Shown here in pieces: positions 18,787 to 28,077 of a stretch of DNA of 64,000 nucleotides (within the stretch, counting starts at the first letter, position 1; every line of letters begins with the position of its first letter). The translations under genes were made by a program, and so were the position numbers. The stretch comes from an uncultured Roseiflexus sp. Lineage in GTDB: Bacteria; Chloroflexota; Chloroflexia; Chloroflexales; Roseiflexaceae. Below the pieces are notes generated by a model that was not told where the DNA came from, made no database searches, and saw nothing but the letters and a program-made list of their open reading frames with translations. Where the stretch lies: positions 4,854 to 68,853 of the forward strand of contig CALGYB010000009.1 in assembly GCA_937935075.1 (NCBI GenBank), read 5' to 3'.

Positions 18787-21303
18787 TTAGCGCCCTGCAT
18801 CGCGCGCCGCCGCGCGCGCATACGGTTCGAGCGCCGCCAGGATGCGTTTGCGATCCATAGCCGGAATGAAAAAGGCGCGGTCATCACGCACAACCCGCCC
18901 ATTCGCCGCAAACGCTGCGACCTCCTCCTCGTGCATCATCAGGTCTGCCGCCAGCAACTGACCGTCGCCGAGGTCCGCACCGGCTGCCGACCGCTTCAAT
19001 TGCGCGTCGAGCGCCAGGATCTGATCGCGCGTCAGCGGATATGGCGTAGCGACCAGGAAACTATGCGTCGCACCAGTGTACCACAGCGTTGTGTGGGGGA
19101 AGACGCGCTGAAATGTGTGAATAATATCGTGGTAGTCACGTTCCGAAAGGTCGTGGAACGGCAGCCACTGGATGAAGACGCCATCATCGGCGAGCCGGCG
19201 CTTCACCATGGTGTAGAACTCGAAGGTGAACAGCGCCCAGCTGCTGCTGTTAATTGGGTGGGTGGCGTCGGCGGTGATGATGTCGTAGCGTTCGGCGCTG
19301 CGCAGGAGATAATTGCGCCCATCCTCAATGGTGATCTGGAAGCCGGGGCGATCGAGCACGCCGCGATTTTCGGCTTTGTAGAGACGTGCAGCTTCGACCT
19401 GTTCGGCAACCAGTTCGACGGCATGGATGCGCGGAATCGGGTGCGTCGCCATGGCGCCCGAGGCAATACCGTTGCCGAAGCTGATCATCAGCGCATTCTG
19501 CGCATCCGGGCGCAGGAGCGCCGGCAGATGACCAAGGAGATGGAAGGCGCGCATGCTGTGTTTGTCGGTTGGAACCTCATTACGCCCGTTGACGAACGAC
19601 ATCTTGAGCGGCGGGTATTTGACTTCAAACACGGCGACTGTTGCCCCTACTCCCTCGCGGTAGTAGACCAGTTCCGGGATTACGCCCTCACGGAATCCCA
19701 GGTAGACGCCAGGCGGCAACAGCACCACCGCCAGCGCTGTCGCTCCCAGTAATCCTGCCAGCCGTACCCGTTCGCTCCATGCCGATGATGCCAGCAGCAC
19801 AGCGACGGCGCCAAGCACCAGGTTGAGCGCTGCCAGCAAAAGTGAGCAGCGTTGCAGTCCGATCAGTGGAATAAAGATGAAGCCAGCCATGAATGCGCCC
19901 AGGGTTGCGCCGACGGTGTTGAGCGCATAAAGCCGCCCGACCCGCGATCCCACCGCGCCCTGATTCGGCAACTGCGCCTGAGCGTCGTCTGCGGCGAGAG
20001 GCGCGGTATACAGCCGCGCCGCGACCGGGAAGACCGCACCCATCAGCAGTGTTGGCACGATCATGATCACGGCGGCGGCGAAGAACTCTGCCCACAACGT
20101 TCCGAGAAAACTGGTTCTGACGGTGAACATGTCGAGCAAAGTCGGCATGCGCGCAAAGGCGTAGAGTGCAATCACCGCCCCCATCCCGATCCCGATCTGC
20201 AACCAGCCAAAGAGCGCCAGCGGCTGCGCATGCCGGTCAATCCGCCGTCCCATCCAGGCGCTGCCCGCCGCCAGCCCGATCAGAAACGTCACCAGCATGA
20301 TGGTGAACGAATAGACGGCATTCAGACTGAAGATCGCCAGCGTGCGAGTCCATGTGACCTGATAGCCCAGCGCTGCAAACCCCGAGAGCGCATACCCGAT
20401 CAGCGCCAGCCGTGTTGGGGGGAACAGGGATGCCGCAGGTCCGGCGGCGGAGCGCATAGACGTTGTTGCAACGGCGCCGTTGTGTGCGATGCGTGTGCCG
20501 GTCGCCGTTTCACCGGTTGCCTGGAGCGCTACGACGACGCGCCCGCCAGACGCGCGCTGCGCCGGTTTGCGCACTGTGCGTTTCGACGGGAGCGCTGGCG
20601 TCGATAACACCGGTTGTCGCGGTGCAGACGCCGCAGCCGCCGGCGCTTCCTGCCAGCGGCGCGCCAGCCAGAACGCCGCGCCAGCCGCTGCCAGGTCCAG
20701 CCCGCCGCCCAGATAGAGCGACCGGTTGACGCCGAGCGACGGGATCAGGATCAGCCCAGCCGCCAGCGCTCCCAGCACGCCGCCAAACGTGTTGATTGCG
20801 TACAGTGCGCCGATCCGTCGTCCGCGATCCTGATTGCGCGCTGCCAGCACCTGCGCCAGCACCGGCAATGTGCCCCCCATCAGGAAAGTCGGTGGCGCCA
20901 GCGCCAGCGTGGCGAGCGCAGTGCGTACGACATTGTACGCCAGGAAGTCCGGCTGCAAATGGCGTGCAATCCAGACGTACAGGTCGGTCAATGCAGCAAA
21001 GAGGGGAGGGGTGGCGAAGGCAAAAAATGCGATCCCGATCTGCAACAGGCCGAAGAGGCGCAGGAGTGACGCTGCTGGCGCTACAAAGCCCGCGCGCCAG
21101 CGGCGCGCCGTCAGTTTGCCGAACACCCAGCTTCCCAGCGCCAGCCCGCCCATGAAGGCGGTTAACACGGCGCTGGCGGCATACACGCTGACGCCGAAAC
21201 TAAGGCTGAGCAGGCGAAACCAGACGACCTCGTAGATCAACCCACTCGCGCCGCTCGCAAAGAAGAGCGCCAGTACCAACCCGGTCGGTTGCGCCTGCTT
21301 CAC
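18787..21303 (-). CDS. Fused multi-pass membrane / spermidine-synthase-like protein
   Basis: LFFASGASGLIYEVVW repeated as LSGFAALGYQVTW; GRLYALNTVGA repeats; C-terminal SAM-binding-like LMISFGNG, VEL, EDGRNYL and YDIITAD motifs. Confidence 0.88.
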   Translation of the reverse strand: MKQAQPTGLVLALFFASGASGLIYEVVWFRLLSLSFGVSVYAASAVLTAFMGGLALGSWVFGKLTARRWRAGFVAPAASLLRLFGLLQIGIAFFAFATPPLFAALTDLYVWIARHLQPDFLAYNVVRTALATLALAPPTFLMGGTLPVLAQVLAARNQDRGRRIGALYAINTFGGVLGALAAGLILIPSLGVNRSLYLGGGLDLAAAGAAFWLARRWQEAPAAAASAPRQPVLSTPALPSKRTVRKPAQRASGGRVVVALQATGETATGTRIAHNGAVATTSMRSAAGPAASLFPPTRLALIGYALSGFAALGYQVTWTRTLAIFSLNAVYSFTIMLVTFLIGLAAGSAWMGRRIDRHAQPLALFGWLQIGIGMGAVIALYAFARMPTLLDMFTVRTSFLGTLWAEFFAAAVIMIVPTLLMGAVFPVAARLYTAPLAADDAQAQLPNQGAVGSRVGRLYALNTVGATLGAFMAGFIFIPLIGLQRCSLLLAALNLVLGAVAVLLASSAWSERVRLAGLLGATALAVVLLPPGVYLGFREGVIPELVYYREGVGATVAVFEVKYPPLKMSFVNGRNEVPTDKHSMRAFHLLGHLPALLRPDAQNALMISFGNGIASGAMATHPIPRIHAVELVAEQVEAARLYKAENRGVLDRPGFQITIEDGRNYLLRSAERYDIITADATHPINSSSWALFTFEFYTMVKRRLADDGVFIQWLPFHDLSERDYHDIIHTFQRVFPHTTLWYTGATHSFLVATPYPLTRDQILALDAQLKRSAAGADLGDGQLLAADLMMHEEEVAAFAANGRVVRDDRAFFIPAMDRKRILAALEPYARAAARDAGR

Positions 21304-21371
21304 AGATCACTCCTGTTCATCGAGAGAGCAACGTGAACCTGGACAGCGAAAAAAAACCATCCCCGTGAGCG

Positions 21372-21400
21372 CCCCCTCTCCAGCATCGCTGGAGAGGGGG
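21372..21400 (-). terminator. Hairpin downstream of the sugar-binding protein gene
   Basis: CCCCCTCTCCAGC, ATC, GCTGGAGAGGGGG (13-bp stem). On the - strand a T-run follows about 15 nt later (A-run near 21349-21356 on +). Confidence 0.55.
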
Positions 21401-21455
21401 TTGGGGTGTCCTAATGACTAAAACGGAGATGCAGCGAGAGGACTTACCGGGAGAG

Positions 21456-22922
21456 TTACCGTCCCGCCTCTCTACGGATGCGTTCCAGCGCAGCATTGAC
21501 GTCCGACTCGAGGATCGGCATCAGATCCGAGGCTTTCGCGTTAGGATCGTTCCAGAACGGACTCAAGAGGTTGTCCCAGGTCTGACTGAGTTCATCGAAC
21601 TTGACCAGCAGGTGGTTCGACGACTCACGTCCGTGACTAAAGGCGCCCTGGAACGACTCTTTGGTCTTTTCTGCCGGAACACACTTCTCATACTGCTTGT
21701 AGTAGTCGTTGAGCAGGCTCTGACGCACCGGCGGGGTGCCGGTTGCCAGCGTGTAGGTGCGCTGCTGCTCCGCCGATGCCAGGAACTTCACGAAGTTCCA
21801 CGCCAGATCGGTATTCTCCGCGTCCATTCCGGCAGTAACGACCCAGGGATCGGTAAAGATAGTCGCGCGGATATTGGCGTCGGGCGCACCCCATGGGAGC
21901 GGCGCTGCGCCCCAGCAGAAGCCGTTCGGATCGTCAATAATGTCCTTATAGTTCCAGTGGCCCCAGCCGCCGGTCATAAACATAGCCACCCGACCGGAGA
22001 GGAAGGCGCCGCCAAGCTGATCGAGCGCCTGAGACGCTGCCTGGTCGGGAGCGACCTTGTGGACGTACACCAGGTCGTGGATCGCCTGGAAGGCTGCAGC
22101 CGTCTGTTCATCCAGCTGGATAGGATCGGAGAAGCCGGTCTCGAGCGCTTCTGTGGTGAACGGATCCTTGCCCCAGATCATTGGGATGCTGTCGAAGGGG
22201 GGCCACAGACCGTTGACGCCGCCATACACCGCCGTGCTTGGATCGTCCGGGTTCTTCGTCAGCTTCTTAGCAGTCTCAAGGAACGCATCCCACGTCCACG
22301 ATTTGTCATTCCAGTCGCTTGGCGGATATGGCACGCCAGCCTCATCAAACAGCTTCATGTTGTAGTACACGTAGCTGCCGGTGGTGAGAAACGGAATGCC
22401 GTACTGTTTGCCTTCGACATTGTAGATGGCGAACACTTCGGGGATAAAGTCGCTCGTGTCCCACTTATCGCGTTCGATGAGCGGCGTCAGGTCCGCCAGC
22501 AAGCCGCGGAAGCGGTCGCTGGCGAAGCCGTCGCCGCCCCAGTTGGACGACCAGACGTGCAGCGGCTCCCTGGCGGCGATCATCGCTTCGCGCTTGACGG
22601 CAATATCGTCCTGGTTGATGTTGAGCACCTTCACGAACACGTCCGGTGCAACCTGCTGGTAGGCGGGCAGAACAACATCGCGCTCCCAGCGATTCTCGGT
22701 GGCATTGATGCGCACCATCCATACCAGCACTTTCTGCCCGGCTTGAGGTTGCTGCGCGAACTCCAGAATCGGCGTAGGCGTCGGCAAGTCGCCTGCGGGC
22801 GCGGTGGTTGGCGCTTCACCCGGGGCTGCGGTTGGGGTCGTCGCCTGTTGCCCGCCACATGCCGCCAGCACCAGCATCAAGGCGCCGAGCAGGAGGATCC
22901 AGGGATACTGTTTTAACCTCAT
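21456..22922 (-). CDS. Carbohydrate ABC transporter substrate-binding lipoprotein
   Basis: Lipobox LAAC; YGIP, YYNMKLFDEAGV.YP, F.SGRVAMF motifs; AAGGAG RBS before ATG 22922. Confidence 0.93.
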   Translation of the reverse strand: MRLKQYPWILLLGALMLVLAACGGQQATTPTAAPGEAPTTAPAGDLPTPTPILEFAQQPQAGQKVLVWMVRINATENRWERDVVLPAYQQVAPDVFVKVLNINQDDIAVKREAMIAAREPLHVWSSNWGGDGFASDRFRGLLADLTPLIERDKWDTSDFIPEVFAIYNVEGKQYGIPFLTTGSYVYYNMKLFDEAGVPYPPSDWNDKSWTWDAFLETAKKLTKNPDDPSTAVYGGVNGLWPPFDSIPMIWGKDPFTTEALETGFSDPIQLDEQTAAAFQAIHDLVYVHKVAPDQAASQALDQLGGAFLSGRVAMFMTGGWGHWNYKDIIDDPNGFCWGAAPLPWGAPDANIRATIFTDPWVVTAGMDAENTDLAWNFVKFLASAEQQRTYTLATGTPPVRQSLLNDYYKQYEKCVPAEKTKESFQGAFSHGRESSNHLLVKFDELSQTWDNLLSPFWNDPNAKASDLMPILESDVNAALERIRREAGR

Positions 22923-23227
22923 GCTTGTGTCTCCTTCATCATTGTAAGGGTACACCGTGCGAACGAGTCTCTGTCCTGATCCACCTCCTCTCCAGTGTCT
23001 TCATGTGACGGGAGCAGCGTGCCGCTCCGCCTGCCCGTGCATCCCAACAGCGTATGCACGGCATGGTGCATCACGCAGAACAGGAGCTGGAGTTCCCATG
23101 GACTCCGGCCTTCTGGCTGTCGGGAAAACACGATGCTCACATCTCCCGTCAGAGCATATTCCACACAGCGCCGTCAGCATTCAGGATGACAGCGCAGATG
23201 CAAGCGATGACGCGCAGCAGACGCCGA

Positions 23228-24136
23228 CTATCCTTTGACGCCGGTCACCACGATGCCCTGAATGAAATAGCGCTGCGCCAGGAAGAAAAGCGCCATGGGC
23301 GGGATCAGCGTGACCAGCGATGCCGCCATGAGGAGATGGAAGGCAGTGCCGCCAAAGGGCGCACGGAACTGTTGCAAGCCGATCGAAACCGGATAGTTGT
23401 ACTGCGAATTGATGTAGAGCAGCGGACCCATGAAGTCCTGATAGTGGAACATAAAACTCATAATAGCGACAGCGCCGATCGCCGGCAATGACAGTGGCAC
23501 AATAATGCGCCACCAGATGCCGAAATAGCCGGCGCCGTCGATCAGCGCCGCTTCCTCGTAATCTTTTGGAAGCGTCTTATAGAACTGACGGAGGAGAAAA
23601 ATGAGATAGGCGCTGCCAAAAAATTTCGGCACGAGCAGCGGGAGGTAGGTATCGATCCATCCCAGGCGGGCGAAGATAATATACTGCGGGATCAGCGTCA
23701 CCCAGAACGGCAGCATCATAGTTGCAAGCACCAGCACGAACAGCGCGTTCTTGCCCGGCGCGCGCAGCCGGGCAAAGCCGTAGGCGACGAGCGCACACGA
23801 CAGGGTCTCGCCCAGTGTTGCGCCGCCGGCGTAGATCAACGTATTCTTGAAGTAAATATCGAAGCGATTCTCGCCGGTGAGCGCCATACGGTAGTTGTCC
23901 CACTGCGGGATCGCCGGAATCCAGACCGGCGGGAACTTTGCCACTTCCGCGCGGGTTTTTAGCGAGGTGGAGAACATCCACACCAGCGGAAACAGGATGA
24001 TGATCAACCCAAGCGCCACCACAATCGTCGAAAGGACCGTCACGATCTGTTCACGTCGCCGTTTGCTTGCCCAGAGTCCGCGCCGTACCAGAGGGGTTGC
24101 CGGGCGCACACCCGGAGATGTCGTTTGTGTTGCCAT
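23228..24136 (-). CDS. Carbohydrate ABC transporter permease (MalG-like)
   Basis: YEEAALIDGA EAA loop; PLVWMFSTSLK. Confidence 0.95.
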   Translation of the reverse strand: MATQTTSPGVRPATPLVRRGLWASKRRREQIVTVLSTIVVALGLIIILFPLVWMFSTSLKTRAEVAKFPPVWIPAIPQWDNYRMALTGENRFDIYFKNTLIYAGGATLGETLSCALVAYGFARLRAPGKNALFVLVLATMMLPFWVTLIPQYIIFARLGWIDTYLPLLVPKFFGSAYLIFLLRQFYKTLPKDYEEAALIDGAGYFGIWWRIIVPLSLPAIGAVAIMSFMFHYQDFMGPLLYINSQYNYPVSIGLQQFRAPFGGTAFHLLMAASLVTLIPPMALFFLAQRYFIQGIVVTGVKG

Positions 24137-24174
24137 TGCTCGTCCTCCTGTTCATTCACGACCGTGCAGCCCGG

Positions 24175-25182
24175 TCAGATCGCTCCCTCTTCGTCCGACT
24201 CGTAGTGAACATAACGACGCGACACCCAGAACATTGCCAGCGTCAACAGCAGGATGACGATCAGCAGAATCCACGCCTGCGCCGATGCCAACCCCATCCG
24301 GTAGCGCCGGAACGCATTCAAGAAGAGATACAGGTTGTAGAACATCGACGAATAGGCGGGAGCGCCGAGATTCATGCCGCCGGAAATGACATATGCCGCC
24401 GTAAACTGCTGCATAGCGCCAATGACGCCGGTAATGAAGGTGAACAGAATGACCGGCGAAATCATCGGGACAGTCACGTTGAAGAACTGCTGGATGCGAT
24501 TGGCGCCATCGATCTCGGCGGCTTCGTAGAGCGCAGTGGGAACGCCCTGAAGCGCCGAGAGATAGATCAGCATTGTCCCGCCGAATCCCCAGAGCGACAT
24601 GAGCGTAAAGGACGGAATGACCCAGTTCGGATCCTGGAGCCAGCGCGGTCCGGTAATGCCGAGCGGGATCAAACCATTGGGACCGACCAGATTACGGATG
24701 ATCAGGTTGATCGCACCGAACTGGGGATTGAGCAGCCAGGAGAAGAGCAACGCAACCGCGACGCTGCCGCCGAGCAGCGCGGGCAGATAGTAGAGCGTGC
24801 GAAAGACGCCGAGCGCCGGAACGCGCTGATTGAGCAGCACCGCCAGCATCAAACCGAAAGCGATGCCCAACGGAACGCTCAACAGGGTGTAGTAGCCGGT
24901 GACCTGGAGCGACTTCCAGTACACCCGATCATTGAACAAGTTGATGTAGTTCTCGAAGCCAACCCACACCGGCGGACTCGCCACGTTGAACACTGTCATG
25001 CTGTAGTACGCAGACATGACAATCGGGTAGAGGGTAAATGCGAGAAACCCGATGATCCATGGCGAAATGAAGATCCAAAACCAGAGCGCTTCGCGCCGCT
25101 CGATCTTTCCAGCCGGAATCAAGCCAAACAGGGCTGGCTTTCGTTTGCTCCGGGCCGGAACCTGCGCCGTTTGCACCGCCAT
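24175..25182 (-). CDS. Carbohydrate ABC transporter permease (MalF-like)
   Basis: LYEAAEIDGA EAA loop; RTLYYLP; VPMISP. Confidence 0.95.
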   Translation of the reverse strand: MAVQTAQVPARSKRKPALFGLIPAGKIERREALWFWIFISPWIIGFLAFTLYPIVMSAYYSMTVFNVASPPVWVGFENYINLFNDRVYWKSLQVTGYYTLLSVPLGIAFGLMLAVLLNQRVPALGVFRTLYYLPALLGGSVAVALLFSWLLNPQFGAINLIIRNLVGPNGLIPLGITGPRWLQDPNWVIPSFTLMSLWGFGGTMLIYLSALQGVPTALYEAAEIDGANRIQQFFNVTVPMISPVILFTFITGVIGAMQQFTAAYVISGGMNLGAPAYSSMFYNLYLFLNAFRRYRMGLASAQAWILLIVILLLTLAMFWVSRRYVHYESDEEGAI

Positions 25183-25245
25183 ACTGCACCTCCTGCACCC
25201 ATGTGCGCCATTGCGCCGTCGTGTTTTGGGCTTTCCTCATGCTGT

Positions 25246-26529
25246 TCAGCTCAGTAGCTCGATCACTCTGCCATCGGTTGTGCGCACATAGACTGCGTGC
25301 CCGGCAATAATCGGCGCTGTCGTTGCCAGGCGCGGCACCGCTTGCGACCAGACGGTCGCTCCGGTTGCCATATCGAGCGCCGCAACCGATGCATCCGCTC
25401 CCATGCCGTTGATGATAAACACATACTCCTGCGTCAGCGCGGGAAGCGAAACGTAGTTGACATCCTGAAACGACCACAATTCACGACCGTCGCTGCGATT
25501 GAGCGCAAACAATTCATTCGTCGTCTTGACGAAGACCACGTCACCCTGCGCCCCCGCAGGAATGAGCGCTTTGCCGGGAACGCTCTTCTCCCAGCGCCTG
25601 GCGCCGTCGCGTATGTCGAGCGCAATCATGTTTTGCCCGCTGCTGATCAGCACCAGATCGCCGGTCGCCACCGATGAGAAGTAGACGGCGGAATGCGCCG
25701 GATACGACCAGAGCATCCTTCCGGTTTCCTGATCAATCGCATAGAAATAGGAAAAGTCAGAAACGAACACCCGCCCATCGGCAACCGCTGCAGATGAGGT
25801 GATGAAGTCCTGCGCGCTAAACTCCCAGCGGATCTTGCCGTTGATTGCATCCAGTGCGTAGAGTTCTTTGCCGGCGCCGACGTACACTGTGCTATCGACA
25901 ACCACCGGCGAGGTCAGATGACCGCCGAAGTAGTTGTTGGCAGCGGCGCTCAACCGTTTGGGAGTAAACGTCCAGCGTTGCCGTCCGCTGCTTAGTTCCA
26001 GCGCCACCATTTGCCCCTGATTTGCCTGTTCAGATCGGAAATACACCGTATCGCCAGCAATGGCGGGCGAGATGTAGGCGCCTTTCTGACGATATGCCCA
26101 GCGTTGCCGACCGGTGCGTATATCGATAGCGCTCAACGCATCTTTGGTTTCCAACAGCATGAGACCGCGAGCGATGACCGGCGGTGACACGCCTTCTTCA
26201 AACGACGCAGTGACAATCACGCGCTGTTGTGCCAGCGGCGGCGCAATTGGCGTTTCGACAGCACGTGTACGCGCCGGGTTCAGTCCTTCCATCGTCCAAT
26301 CGCCCGAAGGATCGCGTGCGGAATGCACAGGCGCAGATTGGGTAAAATGGTCGGCAGGAGCAACCGGCGCCATAACGACCGGCGCAGTCGTCGGAGGGGA
26401 GGAGACATGATCGGCAGGCGTCTGCGATGGCGGCCGCAGAGCGACATAGCCAATTGCGCCAAGGAAGGCGAGAATGGCGATCATCCACAAGCCTCGTTGC
26501 CTGGATGCGTCCATACCATGCTCCGTCAT
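25246..26529 (-). CDS. Membrane-anchored PQQ-like (BamB-type) beta-propeller repeat protein
   Basis: N-terminal TM; repeated ALD..TG...W.F / SSPAV blades. Confidence 0.85.
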   Translation of the reverse strand: MTEHGMDASRQRGLWMIAILAFLGAIGYVALRPPSQTPADHVSSPPTTAPVVMAPVAPADHFTQSAPVHSARDPSGDWTMEGLNPARTRAVETPIAPPLAQQRVIVTASFEEGVSPPVIARGLMLLETKDALSAIDIRTGRQRWAYRQKGAYISPAIAGDTVYFRSEQANQGQMVALELSSGRQRWTFTPKRLSAAANNYFGGHLTSPVVVDSTVYVGAGKELYALDAINGKIRWEFSAQDFITSSAAVADGRVFVSDFSYFYAIDQETGRMLWSYPAHSAVYFSSVATGDLVLISSGQNMIALDIRDGARRWEKSVPGKALIPAGAQGDVVFVKTTNELFALNRSDGRELWSFQDVNYVSLPALTQEYVFIINGMGADASVAALDMATGATVWSQAVPRLATTAPIIAGHAVYVRTTDGRVIELLS

Positions 26530-26658
26530 GCTGCAGAGCGGTGATCATCTGGTGTGCGGAGAAAATCTGAGAGATGCCCACGCAGAGATGACGTACCGCA
26601 CTGTACTATTTTCTCGTGGCGTCGGCGCCAGGATTATAGAGCCTGCAACGTCTTCCTG

Positions 26659-27666
26659 TCAATCTATCGGACAGCGCCCCGTCGAAGCGCGAACGACCAG
26701 TTCGGTCTCGACGGTATACCGCATCTGTTCTGGCGTTTCGCCATCGATCAGTCGGCAGACCAGATCGGCGGCCATTTCGCCCATGGCGCGCAACGGCTGG
26801 CGCATTGTCGTCAGCGGCGGGCACGCCAGCGCCGCCTCTGGCGTATCATCGAATCCGATGATCGAGAGATCATGCGGGATGCGCAGCCCATGGCGCGCGG
26901 CGACATGCAGCGTTCCGATTGCCATCAGGTCGTTGCAGGCAAAGATTGCCGTTGGTCGCGGATCGAGCGCCAGCAGACGCTCAGCGCCCGCGACGCCGCT
27001 GGCAAAGCTGAAATCACCCGATGCCGTCAACGCCGGATCGAATACGATACCGTAATCGTGCAGCGCCGCCCTGTACCCATCGAGCCGCAACTGGCCAACG
27101 GGAATATCGCCCCGTCCGGTGATAATCCCGATCCGGCGGTGCCCAAGCCGGATCAGGTGTTCGGTCGCCAGGTACGCGCCGTGATAGTTATTCACGGTGA
27201 TGCCGTAGACATCCAGATCGTACTGCAGGTCGATGTGGACAATCGGCACGCGCCCTGGCGCCAGGCGGCTCAGGCTCAGACTGTTTGCCAGCGGCAACAC
27301 GATGACCAGACCATCGATCCGACGGCTGCGCTGTAATGTATCAACAACGTCGAACTGCGTCGCGTCTTCGACCGTCGCCAGCAGCATGAATCGCCCGCGA
27401 CGACGGAGCGCCTGTGCCACGCCGTCGATGGTTTGCGCGAAGAAGGTGGACGTAACGGTATCGACAATGATGCCGACAATGTCGGTGCGGTTGCGTGAGA
27501 GGCTGACAGCCTGAGCGTTGGGGTGGTAATCGAGTTCAGCGATGACGCGCAGCACGTGTTCACGTGTGGCTTCCGCCACATCGGGGCTGTTGTTGATTAC
27601 GCGCGAGACGGTCTGATACGACACACCGGCGCGTAACGCCACTTCGCGGATCGTGCTGCGTCGCAT
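26659..27666 (-). CDS. LacI family transcriptional regulator
   Basis: TIREVALRAGVSYQTVSRVIN HTH; L.Y.PN..A..L hinge; ATEHLIRLGHRRIG; DLSIIGFDD; LTTMRQP. Confidence 0.97.
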   Translation of the reverse strand: MRRSTIREVALRAGVSYQTVSRVINNSPDVAEATREHVLRVIAELDYHPNAQAVSLSRNRTDIVGIIVDTVTSTFFAQTIDGVAQALRRRGRFMLLATVEDATQFDVVDTLQRSRRIDGLVIVLPLANSLSLSRLAPGRVPIVHIDLQYDLDVYGITVNNYHGAYLATEHLIRLGHRRIGIITGRGDIPVGQLRLDGYRAALHDYGIVFDPALTASGDFSFASGVAGAERLLALDPRPTAIFACNDLMAIGTLHVAARHGLRIPHDLSIIGFDDTPEAALACPPLTTMRQPLRAMGEMAADLVCRLIDGETPEQMRYTVETELVVRASTGRCPID

Positions 27667-27697
27667 GCTTCCGACCCGTTTCCAAAAAACCAGATAA

Positions 27698-27711
27698 TGT
27701 GATCGGTCACA
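27698..27711. promoter_or_regulatory. LacI-type operator TGTGATCGGTCACA
   Basis: TGTGA-TCGG-TCACA palindrome with central CG, resembling the symmetric lac operator TGTGAGCGCTCACA; 32 bp upstream of the LacI start. Confidence 0.75.
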
Positions 27712-27738
27712 CTATAGCATACAAAATGAAATTGTCAA
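27711..27738 (-). promoter_or_regulatory. Sigma70-type promoter of the LacI/sugar locus
   Basis: On the - strand: TTGACA (27738-27733), 16 bp, TATAGT (27716-27711), directly followed by the operator. Confidence 0.75.
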
Positions 27739-28049
27739 GATGGATGTTCGTTCCACAGGTATCTCTTCAGATCGACATAGCCGCGCTCGTCGAAAACGAC
27801 GCCTTCGGCTTCCAGGAGCGCGCGCTGCAATTCGGCGTGATACTCGTTGCTGATGCGCCCGGCGGCGTTGATCACGCGCCACCAGGGCACGTCGCGCGCC
27901 TGCGCCGGACCAAGCGCGTGCAGCGCCCATCCAACGCCACGGGCGCCGCGCGGAACCGGCGTCATCGCCGCAATCCGCCCATACGTCGAGACCCGCCCAC
28001 GCGGGATGCGGCAGACGATGGCGTAGACATCCTTATAGTAACCGGCCAT
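27735..28049 (-). CDS. Alkyltransferase-like (ATL, YbaZ/MGMT family) DNA damage recognition protein
   Basis: IPRGRVSTYG.IA, ARGVGWAL, VPWWRVIN (Trp at the catalytic Cys position), QRALLEAEGV.F. Confidence 0.9.
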   Translation of the reverse strand: MAGYYKDVYAIVCRIPRGRVSTYGRIAAMTPVPRGARGVGWALHALGPAQARDVPWWRVINAAGRISNEYHAELQRALLEAEGVVFDERGYVDLKRYLWNEHPS

Positions 28050-28077
28050 GCTTCCTCCGTATGTGACCGCCACCTCA

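Noticed and set aside
22923-23227. Small ORFs or a named ncRNA between the permease and binding-protein genes
   Set aside because: The ORFs lack RBS or motifs; several short hairpins are present but fit an ordinary mRNA-stabilising spacer.
27735-28049. Active O6-methylguanine methyltransferase (ogt/ada)
   Set aside because: PCHRV is replaced by PWWRV, so there is no acceptor Cys; it is ATL type.
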